Virus record (IMG/VR): IMGVR_UViG_3300045933_000271
Span: 1 to 54,299 of that record
DNA: 54,299 nt
Direction: 5' to 3' (one strand)
Origin: a virus
Taxonomy: Duplodnaviria > Caudoviricetes
Within the stretch, counting starts at the first letter, position 1. Every line of letters begins with the position of its first letter. Under the pieces are notes generated by a model. It made no database searches, was not told the origin of the DNA, and was given only the letters and a program-made list of their open reading frames with translations. This document shows positions 1-8,829 of the stretch, piece by piece. The position numbers and the translations under genes are program-made.

Positions 1-13
1 CCCAGCCGCCTCT
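1..13 (+). repeat. Terminal direct repeat / circular overlap (copy 1)
   Basis: CCCAGCCGCCTCT is identical to 54287..54299. Confidence 0.95.
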
Positions 14-21
14 CTCGCCAT
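1..21 (-). CDS. First 7 codons (MAREAAG) of the sigma factor gene, continuing at 54286
   Basis: ATG at 21..19; after merging the overlap the frame runs without stops into the GTG at 54202 and creates an intact CPQC-x12-H-x4-H finger. Confidence 0.85.
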
Positions 22-185
22 GCCCACTCTCTCGCTCCCCGTTTACTGCGCCTACTGTTCCGCCCGACCCATCCCAATTTTTCAGGGGAGGACCCCCCGG
101 ATCCTCCCCACCCCGGTCGCGGCCTCTCACCCTCTCTGCCTGGCCGCTGCTCCTGTCCCTGGGCTACATCCCCCGGGTTGACGAA

Positions 186-1778
186 CTACTTCTTCTTGGC
201 CGCCTTGGCCTCGGCTTCGAACTTCCCGCGGAGGCCCTTCTCGAGGGCCTTCATGTCGATCTTGAGCGCCTTGACGAAGTCAGCCAGTTCCATCCCGTTG
301 TTCCAGTCCTCGCAGCCGATGTCCTGGATGCAGAGCGAGAAGATCGCCACCTTGGCGAGCTCCGGATCGCCCATGTTGATCAGGGCATCGCGGAGCTTCT
401 TGTTCCTGAGGCCCGCGAGCTTGGGGAACTCCGTCTTCTGAAACTCTCGGTTTTCGTAGCCGACGTTCTCGAATTCGTTGGCGACCAGGAAGGCGACGGC
501 GCTGCGAGGGATCTCCCGGACCTTGTTCGAGATCTGGTGCCAGGCCTCGAGCTTGATCTTCTTCTCCAGCTCGGCCTTCGCCTCGGCGCGCGCCCTCTCG
601 TTCTGCTCCTTGAGCTCCTGGGCGGGGCTCTTGGGCTTCTGCGGGCTGGAGTAGCTGTGGTACTTCGGCTTCGGGTTGTGGACGCTGCAGCTGGCGGCCG
701 TGCAGACCTGGACCGACTGGCCGCGGTTCTTGCCGTCCCAGTAGTAGCCGATCCCAAGGTTCTTGCACCGCTTCTTGCCCGGCTCGTGGTACTCGCCCTT
801 GCGCTTCACGCCGGCGCGGCCCTCGATCGCGGCCAGGCGCCAGTTGTACTGCTCCTCGGAGATGACGATGCACTTGGTCTTCTGCGACTTCAGTCCCTTG
901 ATCTGCCGGTCGAGCCAGGTGTTGAACTTCTCCTTGAAGCAGTCCCGATCCGTGCAGGTCGAATCCTTCTGGACGTCGGGGAAGAGCGCGGGCGTGTTGC
1001 CGGTCCGCTTCGGGCACGCCGCACAGGAGCCCGCCTTGGGGACGAGCTTCTCATCCTTCATGTCCCACGGCATCCGGCCGAGATCTCGGTGGATGTCGTC
1101 GTCGATCCAGCGGGCCAGGGCTCGGACGGGGATCAGGGACTGTTCCATCTTGGGCTTGTGACCCCAGTCGTCGCGATCGCCTTCGGCGACGTCGACCTTC
1201 TGGATGCAGTGCTGGAGGGCTTCCTTCTGATCGTCCGGCGTGAGCCGCGCGATCAGGATGGCGTGACCGGCGGTGATCTGGTCGCTCAGGAAGGCCTGCT
1301 GCGCGGTCCCGGTGAGCTCGGTGAGCTTCAGCCGCTGCCAGATGTAGGACACGCTCTTGCCCACCTGGGCCGCGAGAGACTCGACGTTGTGGCGTTTGCG
1401 CTTCAGGAGCGCCTGGTATCCCTCGGCTTCCTCGAGGGGATGAACGTCCGCACGCTGGAGGTTCTCGATCACCTGGGCCTCGAGGGCCTGGTCATCCGAG
1501 AGCTCGCGGATTATGGCCGGGATCTCGTTCAGGCCCGCCTTCTTCGCGGCCCGGTACCGCCGGGCGCCGGCGACCACTTCGAACTTCGCCCCGATGGGCC
1601 GGACGAGGATCGGGACGATGACGCCCTGCTCCTTGACCGAGGCCGCGAGGTCCTCCATCGCCTTCGGATCGAATGTCCGCCGCGGGTTGGTCTTCGACTC
1701 CACCGCCAGGTCGAGAGCAAGGAGCTTGAACTCCTGCTCGACCGCCGCCGTTTCTGTCGCCACCTTCTCCTCCTTCAC
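186..1778 (-). CDS. parB: ParB/RepB/Spo0J family protein with Cys-rich and coiled-coil C-terminus
   Basis: NPRRTFD..LAASVKEQGVIVPILVRP, VVAGARRYRAA (GxRR CTPase box), IENLQRADVHPLEEAEGY, HTH LAAQVGKSVSYI; CAACPKRTG..CTDRDCF resembles long PRTRC-type ParB. Confidence 0.92.
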   Translation of the reverse strand: MKEEKVATETAAVEQEFKLLALDLAVESKTNPRRTFDPKAMEDLAASVKEQGVIVPILVRPIGAKFEVVAGARRYRAAKKAGLNEIPAIIRELSDDQALEAQVIENLQRADVHPLEEAEGYQALLKRKRHNVESLAAQVGKSVSYIWQRLKLTELTGTAQQAFLSDQITAGHAILIARLTPDDQKEALQHCIQKVDVAEGDRDDWGHKPKMEQSLIPVRALARWIDDDIHRDLGRMPWDMKDEKLVPKAGSCAACPKRTGNTPALFPDVQKDSTCTDRDCFKEKFNTWLDRQIKGLKSQKTKCIVISEEQYNWRLAAIEGRAGVKRKGEYHEPGKKRCKNLGIGYYWDGKNRGQSVQVCTAASCSVHNPKPKYHSYSSPQKPKSPAQELKEQNERARAEAKAELEKKIKLEAWHQISNKVREIPRSAVAFLVANEFENVGYENREFQKTEFPKLAGLRNKKLRDALINMGDPELAKVAIFSLCIQDIGCEDWNNGMELADFVKALKIDMKALEKGLRGKFEAEAKAAKKK

Positions 1779-1891
1779 AGGCCGATCACGGCCCGCAATA
1801 TCAGCAGCACGATCGGGAGGCTCACGATGAGCCTCAACGCGATCGCGCCGCCGCTTTCCCGGTCACTCGCATCCCTCTGGGTCACGTCCAC
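1775..1891 (-). CDS. Small single-TM peptide (38 aa, not in ORF track)
   Basis: GAGGAA RBS, GTG start, AIALRLIVSLPIVLLILRAVIGL; its TGA overlaps the parB GTG (GTGA). Confidence 0.55.
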   Translation of the reverse strand: MDVTQRDASDRESGGAIALRLIVSLPIVLLILRAVIGL

Positions 1892-1915
1892 GAGTTCCTC
1901 CTCTCTCTCTGGCCG

Positions 1916-2083
1916 CTACTTCTTCGCCGGCTCGCGCGCGGCCTTCGCCGCCGGGCATTTCGCCTCGTGCCTGGATCCGCAGTTCTTGTTGTTGAAGCCG
2001 TAGGCCTGGTGGACCGGCGCGCTGCAGTAGGGGCATGTCGCGATGCAGCAGTCCCCGCACTCGATGCAGATCTTGATGGGCAT
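1916..2083 (-). CDS. Small Cys-rich zinc-binding protein (55 aa)
   Basis: MPIKICIECGDCCIATCPYC..CGSRHEAKC; GGAGGG RBS; TGATG coupling with the upstream gene. Confidence 0.7.
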   Translation of the reverse strand: MPIKICIECGDCCIATCPYCSAPVHQAYGFNNKNCGSRHEAKCPAAKAAREPAKK

Positions 2084-2451
2084 CAAACCCTCCCTCCTTC
2101 CTGGTGCTGTTGGACCAGCGTCACCAGCTGGTCGCATTGTTCGATGGTGAACTTCCCGATGTGGGCCCCGTCGACGTCGAGGCCCATCGCCTGCTGCATC
2201 CAGCGGTAGGCGTCCGGTCGGCGCATGCGGCCGTCCTTCCAGAGTTCGTCGAAGGCCGCATGCGCGCGGATCCGCGCCTGTTTGGTCCGGCTGTCCGCGG
2301 GGATGCCCAGCGGCTTCCCGTCGGGGTGAGCGCCGTGCGTTCCCTTGCACTCCGGGAACCTAGTGCAGCCGTAGAACTGACCGAACCGGCTTTTCCGGAG
2401 CACCATCGGTGATTTGCACTCGCCGCACAGGACGGGAGCCGCGGCTTCCAT
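2083..2451 (-). CDS. Topoisomerase-type C4 zinc ribbon fused to DUF3268-like domain
   Basis: CGECKSPMVLRKSRFGQFYGCTRFPECKGT followed by GKPLGIPAD..RIRAHAAFDELWK..AYRWM..HIGKFTIEQC; start moved to coupled ATG 2451. Confidence 0.85.
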   Translation of the reverse strand: MEAAAPVLCGECKSPMVLRKSRFGQFYGCTRFPECKGTHGAHPDGKPLGIPADSRTKQARIRAHAAFDELWKDGRMRRPDAYRWMQQAMGLDVDGAHIGKFTIEQCDQLVTLVQQHQEGGRV

Positions 2452-3176
2452 CAAAGCGTCCTCCCGCTCAGCGAAGTCTTCTCCTTCGCCGTCACGCCGT
2501 CGATCCGCATCAGCTTCTTCTGGGCCTGAGCGATCTTGTTGAGGGCGACCTGGCCGGGCTGCAGGTAGGCGAGGACCGCGGGCTCTGAGTCCATCCGGGC
2601 CGCGACCCACTTCACCAGGGCCTTGAGGTCGTAGACCTCGGCGGACCAGGTCGACCTGGTCCCGACGCCGGAGACCTTCGCCACGTCGGACTCGACCGTC
2701 AGGGAGACGGGCGCGACCGGCTCGTTCAGGATCGCCTCGGCGCCTTCCTTGTCGCCGGCGGCCTCCGCCGCGGCCGCTTCATGGAGCTTGCGGTCCTCCT
2801 CGAGCCTCCGAGCTTCCGCGGCCAGGCGCTCAGCTTCCTCGCGCGCTTTGCGGTCTTGCTCGGCCTTGAAGGCGAGGACCTTCCCGTTGATGGTCTCGAG
2901 CGCCTTCTGGATCGGCTCGAGGTACTCCTTCTCGGCCGCGACCATCTCCTTGTGGGCCTTGAAGGCGATCTCCTTGGACCGTTCGAAGGTCGACTTCACG
3001 AGCTTCTCGATCTCCTTCCCGGAGAGGAACTCGTGCTTGGCGACCTCATCCTCCTCGCGCGTGGTGACCTGGAGGGCCATCACGTTCCGGAGGAACGGCC
3101 CGGACCGCTCCTCGATCTCCGCCACGTCGATCGCTGGAATCTCCCTGGGTTTTGTGAATGCCTGCATGGCGCTCAT
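2451..3176 (-). CDS. Conserved phage coiled-coil protein of the recombination module
   Basis: E/A/R-rich coiled coil then STWSAEVYDL..ALNKIAQAQK..IDGV; ATGA coupling at 3176. Confidence 0.75.
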   Translation of the reverse strand: MSAMQAFTKPREIPAIDVAEIEERSGPFLRNVMALQVTTREEDEVAKHEFLSGKEIEKLVKSTFERSKEIAFKAHKEMVAAEKEYLEPIQKALETINGKVLAFKAEQDRKAREEAERLAAEARRLEEDRKLHEAAAAEAAGDKEGAEAILNEPVAPVSLTVESDVAKVSGVGTRSTWSAEVYDLKALVKWVAARMDSEPAVLAYLQPGQVALNKIAQAQKKLMRIDGVTAKEKTSLSGRTL

Positions 3177-3745
3177 CCTTTCTTCCAAGCCGCGACCGCA
3201 ACGGCGGCCTTGGCGACCACAAAATCATTCCGGTCCGTGTAGTGCTGGACCCGGTACTTGCCGTCGGCCTGCAGGTGTATGCCCAGGCGCTCGACGGGAT
3301 CCGGGGAGAAGCAGAGCGCCTCGAGGGCCGACTGGATCGCGTAGAACCGGTAGACCTTGATCGAGGTCTTCCAGTTGATGCAGGCGAGCTTGCCCCGCCA
3401 CTTGGCCAGGGCGTCGACCTTCGTCGCGTAGCCCATCGCCTCGTTGCCCACGGGCATCTCCGTTCCCTGGATGTCGAGGCCGAGCTCGCTCGTGGCCTTC
3501 ATCACCGCCAGGAGGAAGCCCCGCTCCTCGATCGGCAGCAGGTTCTCGGGCGTGTCGACGTTCCGCAGGAACATGTCGATCGCTTCGTGGATCCGGTTTC
3601 CCTTCGAGGGGTCGAGGAGCGGCATCTCCTCGATTTCGTAGAGGCAGCCGACGTTCTTGAGGAGGCCGGTGATCCCGCCCAGGACCCGGCCCGCCGGCGT
3701 GATGTAGGTATGGTCGACGGCGCGGAACGTGACGGCGGTCACCAT
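3173..3745 (-). CDS. PD-(D/E)XK family exonuclease-like protein
   Basis: HTY..GITGLLK, GNRIHEAI, E..GYATKVDAL..INWKTS..YAIQ; motif III reads N-W-K. Confidence 0.8.
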   Translation of the reverse strand: MVTAVTFRAVDHTYITPAGRVLGGITGLLKNVGCLYEIEEMPLLDPSKGNRIHEAIDMFLRNVDTPENLLPIEERGFLLAVMKATSELGLDIQGTEMPVGNEAMGYATKVDALAKWRGKLACINWKTSIKVYRFYAIQSALEALCFSPDPVERLGIHLQADGKYRVQHYTDRNDFVVAKAAVAVAAWKKG

Positions 3746-5388
3746 TGGCCCTCCTTGACCGGCAAGGCCGGGCCCCTGAAGGTGAGCTCCATGATCCGAG
3801 CGACTCGCGGGAACTTGCCTTCGTACTCGAGGACGATCTTCTTCGGTTCGTTGATGCCCTTCGTCTGGATCAGGTCGATGGCCTCGTCGATCGTCGCCGG
3901 TGGGGGCAGGGGAGACCGGACCTTCCACCAAGCCTCGGCCTTGTTGCGGGCGAAGCCCTGATGCTGGAGGCAGATGAACTCGGACACCGGCCACATCGCG
4001 CCGATGTGATAGTCGACCCGGAGCGTGGGCGGCTTGCCTTCCGGGTTGTCTTTCTTCTCGTGCTTGGAGTACTCGATGGTGAAAACCTGCTCGGGCCCGG
4101 AGAGGACGTCCTTGTCGGCCGCCTTGCCGTCGTGCTTGACCTCGCGCGGCGCCCGCTCCTTCTTCTCGAACTTCATGCCGCAGTCCGGGCAGATCTCGCA
4201 GCTGTTGGAGACGACCTCCCGGCATGCGGGACATTCCTTGTAGTCGGGCTCGTCGACCTTGGCCGCGGCGCCGCGGCGCGGTGCGCGGATCCGGTCGATC
4301 GGGCCATGGCGCATCAGGTTCCCGCCGAAATCCAGGATCAGGCAGTCCTTCTTGCCCTCGGCCAGGCGGAAGCCGCGGCCCACCATCTGGTAGAAGAGGC
4401 CGGGGGACATGGTGGGCCGGAGGATGGCCACGCAGTCGACGCCCGGGGCGTCGAAGCCCGTGGTCAGCACGTCGACGTTGACCAGGTACTTGAGGCGCCG
4501 TTCGCGGAAGTCGCGGATCGTCCGGGCCCGCTCCTCGTTGGAAGTCAGGCTCTTATCCCCGAAGATGGTCCGGACCTCGACGCCCTCGACGTCGTTGATG
4601 AACTGGGCGATCTGCTGGGCATGCTCGATGCCGGAGGCGAAGACGAGGACGCTCTTGCGGTCCTCGGTCTTTCCGACGATTTCGGAGCAGGCCAGAATGA
4701 CCTGGTCGACGTCGGCGGTCATCGCCGCCTGCAGCTCGCCGGCCACGAACTCCCCGCCGCGGATGGAGACCTTCGACACGTCGGTCTGCTCGATCGCGGT
4801 CTTGGACTTGAGCGGCGAGAGGTAGCCCGCGACGATCAGCTGCTTGACGCCGATCTCGTAGCAGACCGCGTTCAGGAGGTTCTCGGGCAGGCAGATCACG
4901 CCCGACTGCAGTCGGTAGGGGGTCGCGGTCAGCCCGACCAGGCGGACGTTCGGATTGATCTTCTTCACCGCCTCGAGGAAGGTCCGGTACATCCCTTCGC
5001 CGTCGGGCGGGATCCGGTGGGCCTCGTCGATCGCGATGATGTCCACGTGGCCCAGGGCGTCGGCCTTGTTGTAGATGGACTGGATCCCGGCGACCGTGAT
5101 GGGGTAGCCCAGCTCCCTGGCGCCCAGGCCCGCCGAGTAGATCCCCACGCCGATCTCCGGAGCCATCTTCATGATGTTGCCGGCGGTCTGCTCGAGGAGC
5201 TCCTTCACGTGGGCGACGATGGCCATGCGGCCTTCCCAGCCCACGACGTCCTTCGCCATCTGCGCCAGCACGACGCCCTTGCCTGCGCCGGTCGGGAGGA
5301 CGATGCAGGGGTTGTCCTCGCGCGTGCGCACGTGCTTCCACAGCGCCTCGACGGCGTGCCGCTGGTACTCCCTGAGGATCAGTTCCAT
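3739..5388 (-). CDS. SF2 DEAH helicase (RadD/YejH-like) with zinc finger
   Basis: LREYQ, PTGAGKG, IDEAH, GLTATP, VLTTGFD, QMVGRGFR, CPAC..CEICPDC. Confidence 0.95.
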   Translation of the reverse strand: MELILREYQRHAVEALWKHVRTREDNPCIVLPTGAGKGVVLAQMAKDVVGWEGRMAIVAHVKELLEQTAGNIMKMAPEIGVGIYSAGLGARELGYPITVAGIQSIYNKADALGHVDIIAIDEAHRIPPDGEGMYRTFLEAVKKINPNVRLVGLTATPYRLQSGVICLPENLLNAVCYEIGVKQLIVAGYLSPLKSKTAIEQTDVSKVSIRGGEFVAGELQAAMTADVDQVILACSEIVGKTEDRKSVLVFASGIEHAQQIAQFINDVEGVEVRTIFGDKSLTSNEERARTIRDFRERRLKYLVNVDVLTTGFDAPGVDCVAILRPTMSPGLFYQMVGRGFRLAEGKKDCLILDFGGNLMRHGPIDRIRAPRRGAAAKVDEPDYKECPACREVVSNSCEICPDCGMKFEKKERAPREVKHDGKAADKDVLSGPEQVFTIEYSKHEKKDNPEGKPPTLRVDYHIGAMWPVSEFICLQHQGFARNKAEAWWKVRSPLPPPATIDEAIDLIQTKGINEPKKIVLEYEGKFPRVARIMELTFRGPALPVKEGQW

Positions 5389-5432
5389 CTAGGGGCGCCC
5401 GCCCCGAAGGGAGGGCGCCCGAGGGCGGAACT

Positions 5433-5933
5433 TTACTGAGCCTTCTTCATGCCCCACGGCGAGGCTCCCTTGGCGGGCGCCGCCGTGGTCTTCGGGTCGG
5501 CCTGAGGGCCGGTCTTGGGGCCGGCGTCGGCCGCCGCCGCGCCGTCGCGCGGATAGAAGCCCTTGATGTCGTTGTAGGTCTTGTCGCCGTCTTTCCGCTG
5601 CTCGACGCGGACCACGAGCGGCAGGTTGTGGAGCTCCGTCGTGTCCTTGGGCGTGTGGATCTTCACCGCGCGGCAGATCGAGGAGAGCTGGCCCTTCGCG
5701 ATCTGGACGGCCTTGTCGCTCTTGTTCATCAGGTTGAGGTTCGCCCAGAGGTTGCGGTCCTTGTACGGGCCGGTGATGACCTGGAAGGTCAGCTTGAGGT
5801 ACTTCCCGTCGTTCGCCTTCGTGTCGACCCACTCGCTCTCGGTCATCACGACCTCGTAGCGGGCGGGCGGCAGGGCTTCGAAGTCCTTCGCGGGATCCAC
5901 CTGGGTCGCGTCGAATCCGTCGATGTCGGCCAT
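5433..5933 (-). CDS. DUF669 family OB-fold putative single-stranded DNA-binding protein
   Basis: FDATQVDP..FEALPPARY..YLKLTFQVITGPYKDRNLWANLNL..AVQIAKGQLSSICRAV; flexible tail ending PW. Confidence 0.88.
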   Translation of the reverse strand: MADIDGFDATQVDPAKDFEALPPARYEVVMTESEWVDTKANDGKYLKLTFQVITGPYKDRNLWANLNLMNKSDKAVQIAKGQLSSICRAVKIHTPKDTTELHNLPLVVRVEQRKDGDKTYNDIKGFYPRDGAAAADAGPKTGPQADPKTTAAPAKGASPWGMKKAQ

Positions 5934-5975
5934 GGCTTCAGTCCTTTCGTTTGAAAAAGAAGTAGAGATCGGTCA

Positions 5976-6962
5976 CTAGGCGGGGGTGATCACGGTCGCA
6001 GATTCCCAGCCTTTCATCATCGCGGTCAGGAACACCTCCCAGGCCTTGTCCTTGGGGAAGGGGAGCTCGGAGGGCAGGTTGTAGCGGTTCTTTGCCACCC
6101 AGGCGGGCGAGGCGCCCGTCTTCATGATCCGCTCGCCGCCGTCCGCGCCGATGGGCGCCGCGATTGCGCGCTCCTGGAAGCCCGTGCCCTCCTTCTTCAC
6201 CACCAGGCGCTTCGTGATGAAGAGCGTGGCCGACACCCACTCGCGGACGAGCTCGTCGGCGGCTTCGTGGAGGCGCGGGGAGTAGCGGTCGTAGGCGGGA
6301 TTCTCCGGATCCTCGAACCGCTTGATCTTCGTGTGCGCGAGGAGGATGATCACCATCCCGCGCGCGTGGCAGCGCTCGAGGAGGGCGATCACCTGGCGCC
6401 ACTCGTCGAGGGCGAACTTGTAGCCCTTCTGGAAGCCGCCGCCCACGTCCTCGATGTTGTTCTTCCCGGTCCGCCGGCAGACGTGGTCCCAGATCAGGCG
6501 CTCGAGCCAGTCGAGGGTGTCGATCGCCACCGTTTCGAACTCGTGCTTGTCACTCGCGATCGCCGTCAGGTTGCCGATGAAGGCCTCGTAGCTCTGCGCC
6601 ACCGGGAATCGCGCGCAGCCGATCTCCTCCAGGCCCTTCTCGGTCTGGATCACGATGGGCTTGGGCGCCTGGGCGGCGAAGCTCGACTTGCCCATGCCGT
6701 CCTGGCCGTACATCAGGATCCGGGGCGGCTCGAGCTGCCGGCCGCGCTCGATCGTCCCCAGGACCCCGGCGGGCTTGGGCGCGGCCGCCGGCGCCGGCGC
6801 CGGGTCCGTCTTCTGTGCCGCGTTCCCGACCGTCTTCTCCATGGCCGCGAGGAAGTCGCTCTTGGGCGGAGCGGTCGCCTCCTCCTTCGGCTTCTCCTGG
6901 ACGGGCCCCGAGATCGCGGTGTGGTCCACCGCGGGCTTCGAGGCCTTGGTGCTGGTCGCCAT
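5976..6962 (-). CDS. AAA_24 / Sak4-like phage NTPase (recombinase)
   Basis: YGQDGMGKSS Walker A, IDTLDWLE, LLAH, AKNRY; AAGGAGG RBS before ATG 6962. Confidence 0.9.
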   Translation of the reverse strand: MATSTKASKPAVDHTAISGPVQEKPKEEATAPPKSDFLAAMEKTVGNAAQKTDPAPAPAAAPKPAGVLGTIERGRQLEPPRILMYGQDGMGKSSFAAQAPKPIVIQTEKGLEEIGCARFPVAQSYEAFIGNLTAIASDKHEFETVAIDTLDWLERLIWDHVCRRTGKNNIEDVGGGFQKGYKFALDEWRQVIALLERCHARGMVIILLAHTKIKRFEDPENPAYDRYSPRLHEAADELVREWVSATLFITKRLVVKKEGTGFQERAIAAPIGADGGERIMKTGASPAWVAKNRYNLPSELPFPKDKAWEVFLTAMMKGWESATVITPA

Positions 6963-7093
6963 GGTCGCCTCCTTCACAATGCGCTGCGCGAACTCCGCGC
7001 CGCTCTCTTCACTCATCCCGGCGGCCTGATCCTCTTGCCAACCAGGCCGCCGATCTGAACGCCCTCCCCCAGCAGGAGAGAGGGAATCGTCCG

Positions 7094-7375
7094 TCATGTC
7101 TTCTTCAGCCGCTCCTCGAAGTCGTCGCCGGCGTCGCGCAGCCGGCGATGGAGCTTCGCAGTGCTTTCACCGATCCGTTTTTCCCCGGGAGTGGGCTTCT
7201 GATCCGCCGCTCTCTCCGAAGAATTGGCCCGAGGTTGCGACCGGGCCTCCCGCGAGGGGACGCCACGTCCTCGGGCAGAGGGGGAATTTTTCTTGAGGCT
7301 GTCGCAGACGTCGCACGGCTTCTGCTCGGCCGCGTAGCCGCAGATGGCGAAGTGCGCGTCGTACTTGGAGTTCAT
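7094..7375 (-). CDS. Hypothetical protein
   Basis: ATGA-coupled to upstream gene; H-x3-C..CxxC N-terminus; remainder low complexity. Confidence 0.45.
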   Translation of the reverse strand: MNSKYDAHFAICGYAAEQKPCDVCDSLKKNSPSARGRGVPSREARSQPRANSSERAADQKPTPGEKRIGESTAKLHRRLRDAGDDFEERLKKT

Positions 7376-7677
7376 CTCGCGGCTTCCTCATCACATCCGG
7401 CGGAGTCGAGATGCTGGAAGTCCTTCTCCCATCCCAGCTGCTGGAGCTGCCAGCGGAAGTAGTCGTTCTCGTCGTAGCCCGGAGGGAGCGGGAAGACTTC
7501 GGTCGAGGTTTCCCCCCGCGGCCGAGTTTCGACTTTGCCGACTTCGGCGGTCCGAAAAGATTTCCCGGGATAGTCGTCCTCAGGGTAGGTCCGATCCGGA
7601 TCCTTGAAGACCTCCGGATCCCGGTGGAGGACCACGGCTCCGACCGCGAGGACGAAGAGGAAGCGGAGGAGAATCAT
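7372..7677 (-). CDS. Hypothetical protein with N-terminal membrane anchor or signal
   Basis: MILLRFLFVLAVGAVVL; GGAGG RBS; ATGA coupling. Confidence 0.65.
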   Translation of the reverse strand: MILLRFLFVLAVGAVVLHRDPEVFKDPDRTYPEDDYPGKSFRTAEVGKVETRPRGETSTEVFPLPPGYDENDYFRWQLQQLGWEKDFQHLDSAGCDEEAAR

Positions 7678-7973
7678 GACCTGACCTCCCGCCCCTCGGC
7701 CTTGGCGATCGCGGCCTCGAGTGCTTCCATCGCTGCGCGCGCCTCGTCGTGAGGCGGCTCGAAATAGGCGAGGATGGTCTGAGCGCACACGAGGAGATCC
7801 GGCGCGGCCGAGATGAGCCGGGCGTTCGCCTCGCCGTCGACGTCGGCGACGTGGAGCCTCGGGGAGCCAAAGATTGCGTCGATTGCTTCGGTCTCGACGT
7901 GATGCGTCCAGCAGCAAGCGTCCTTCGGGCGATCGGTGGCTTTCCAGGGACCGGGCGTGAAGCTTCTATCCAC
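7674..7973 (-). CDS. Conserved small phage protein (TPGPW...NARLIxAAPDLL type)
   Basis: FTPGPWK..EANARLISAAPDLL..AAIAKAEG. Confidence 0.8.
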   Translation of the reverse strand: MDRSFTPGPWKATDRPKDACCWTHHVETEAIDAIFGSPRLHVADVDGEANARLISAAPDLLVCAQTILAYFEPPHDEARAAMEALEAAIAKAEGREVRS

Positions 7974-8370
7974 GGTCCACCTCGCTCTCGTCGAAGCGGA
8001 CCTCGTCGCGGTCGTCGTCGCCGTCGGCCTCGTTGGGCTCGCAATCGCAGGGAACCGGCTCAAGGGTCCGCTCCATCCGACAGTGGATGCACTTCTCGTG
8101 GTCGATGTGGTAGGAAGTCGTCGCGTAGGTGATGTGGTCCGTGAGGGGGTTGTGGGCGACAGGCCGCTCGTCTACCTCATGCTCCCGCTCGTCGAGCTCG
8201 AACTCACACTCGACGCTGGACCCGTGCTCGAGAGTGGGGAAGTACTTCGCCTTGCAGGGGCAGCACATCCCATGGGAGATCTGGTCGGGCCCGGCCGGAT
8301 GGCCCTGGTGGATGACTTCCTTGCACCAGGCGCAGAGGATCTGAAGGTCTACCGCCGCTACTTTCGCCAC
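7966..8370 (-). CDS. Cys/His-rich protein, first gene of the leftward early operon
   Basis: GGAGG RBS; CAWC..SHGMCCPC, CIHC..CDC; acidic tail. Confidence 0.7.
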   Translation of the reverse strand: MAKVAAVDLQILCAWCKEVIHQGHPAGPDQISHGMCCPCKAKYFPTLEHGSSVECEFELDEREHEVDERPVAHNPLTDHITYATTSYHIDHEKCIHCRMERTLEPVPCDCEPNEADGDDDRDEVRFDESEVDRG

Positions 8371-8384
8371 CGTCGCCTCCCATG

Positions 8385-8534
8385 GCGACTGGGTGGATTT
8401 CGAGATCCACCCAGTCGCGCGATCAGAACCCGAGGAGCCCCACCCGCCCGGCTACAGGCTTGTCGTGACACGAGCGTTCGCCGGGCGTGGGGGCAGGGAT
8501 CGTCGGGTTCGGATTGTTCATCGCTCGTGTCACG
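8385..8534 (-). ncRNA. Structured leader or small RNA (pseudoknot or two-state switch plus long hairpin)
   Basis: 8464-8476 is the perfect 13-nt complement of 8522-8534; 8426-8452 pairs with 8480-8510; 8385-8418 is a 34-nt near-perfect palindrome; begins at the predicted +1. Strand is inferred. Confidence 0.65.
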
Positions 8535-8539
8535 TTGGG

Positions 8540-8568
8540 ATTATGACGGCGAGGTGTTCAAAAAGCAA
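8540..8568 (-). promoter_or_regulatory. Sigma70-type early leftward promoter
   Basis: TTGCTT-17bp-CATAAT on the minus strand in an AT-rich patch; predicted +1 near 8533. Confidence 0.65.
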
Positions 8569-8619
8569 CAGCAATTCGAAAGTATAGGCGATTATTTTTT
8601 AACTCATTTAGAGGGCCAT

Positions 8620-8808
8620 TTAGAGCCCTTTATTCCGCTTTCGCCGCCTCAGGATACGAACGGCCTTCAATCGCTCGGCGTTCATGGCGGCGATCCGGCA
8701 CTTGTCCGTATCGAACCGCTGCCAGTCTCGGCTGGCCTGATACTTCTTTCCGCACCATTCACACCTCGCCGGTCGAAGGAAGGGCCGCCACTTCCGCCGT
8801 CGTGGCAA
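8620..8808 (-). CDS. Small basic zinc-finger protein divergent from the recombinase
   Basis: CEWCGKKY..QRFDTDKCR; very Arg/Lys rich; own promoter upstream. Confidence 0.6.
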   Translation of the reverse strand: MPRRRKWRPFLRPARCEWCGKKYQASRDWQRFDTDKCRIAAMNAERLKAVRILRRRKRNKGL

Positions 8809-8829
8809 AGCACCCCCTGTCGCACGTGA

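Noticed and set aside
1-13. 13-bp terminal repeat as attL/attR core
   Set aside because: It falls inside the sigma coding sequence and 9 kb from the recombinase; better explained as a circular assembly overlap
3173-3745. Cas4 / CRISPR system
   Set aside because: No Fe-S cysteines, no other cas genes, no repeat-spacer array in the window
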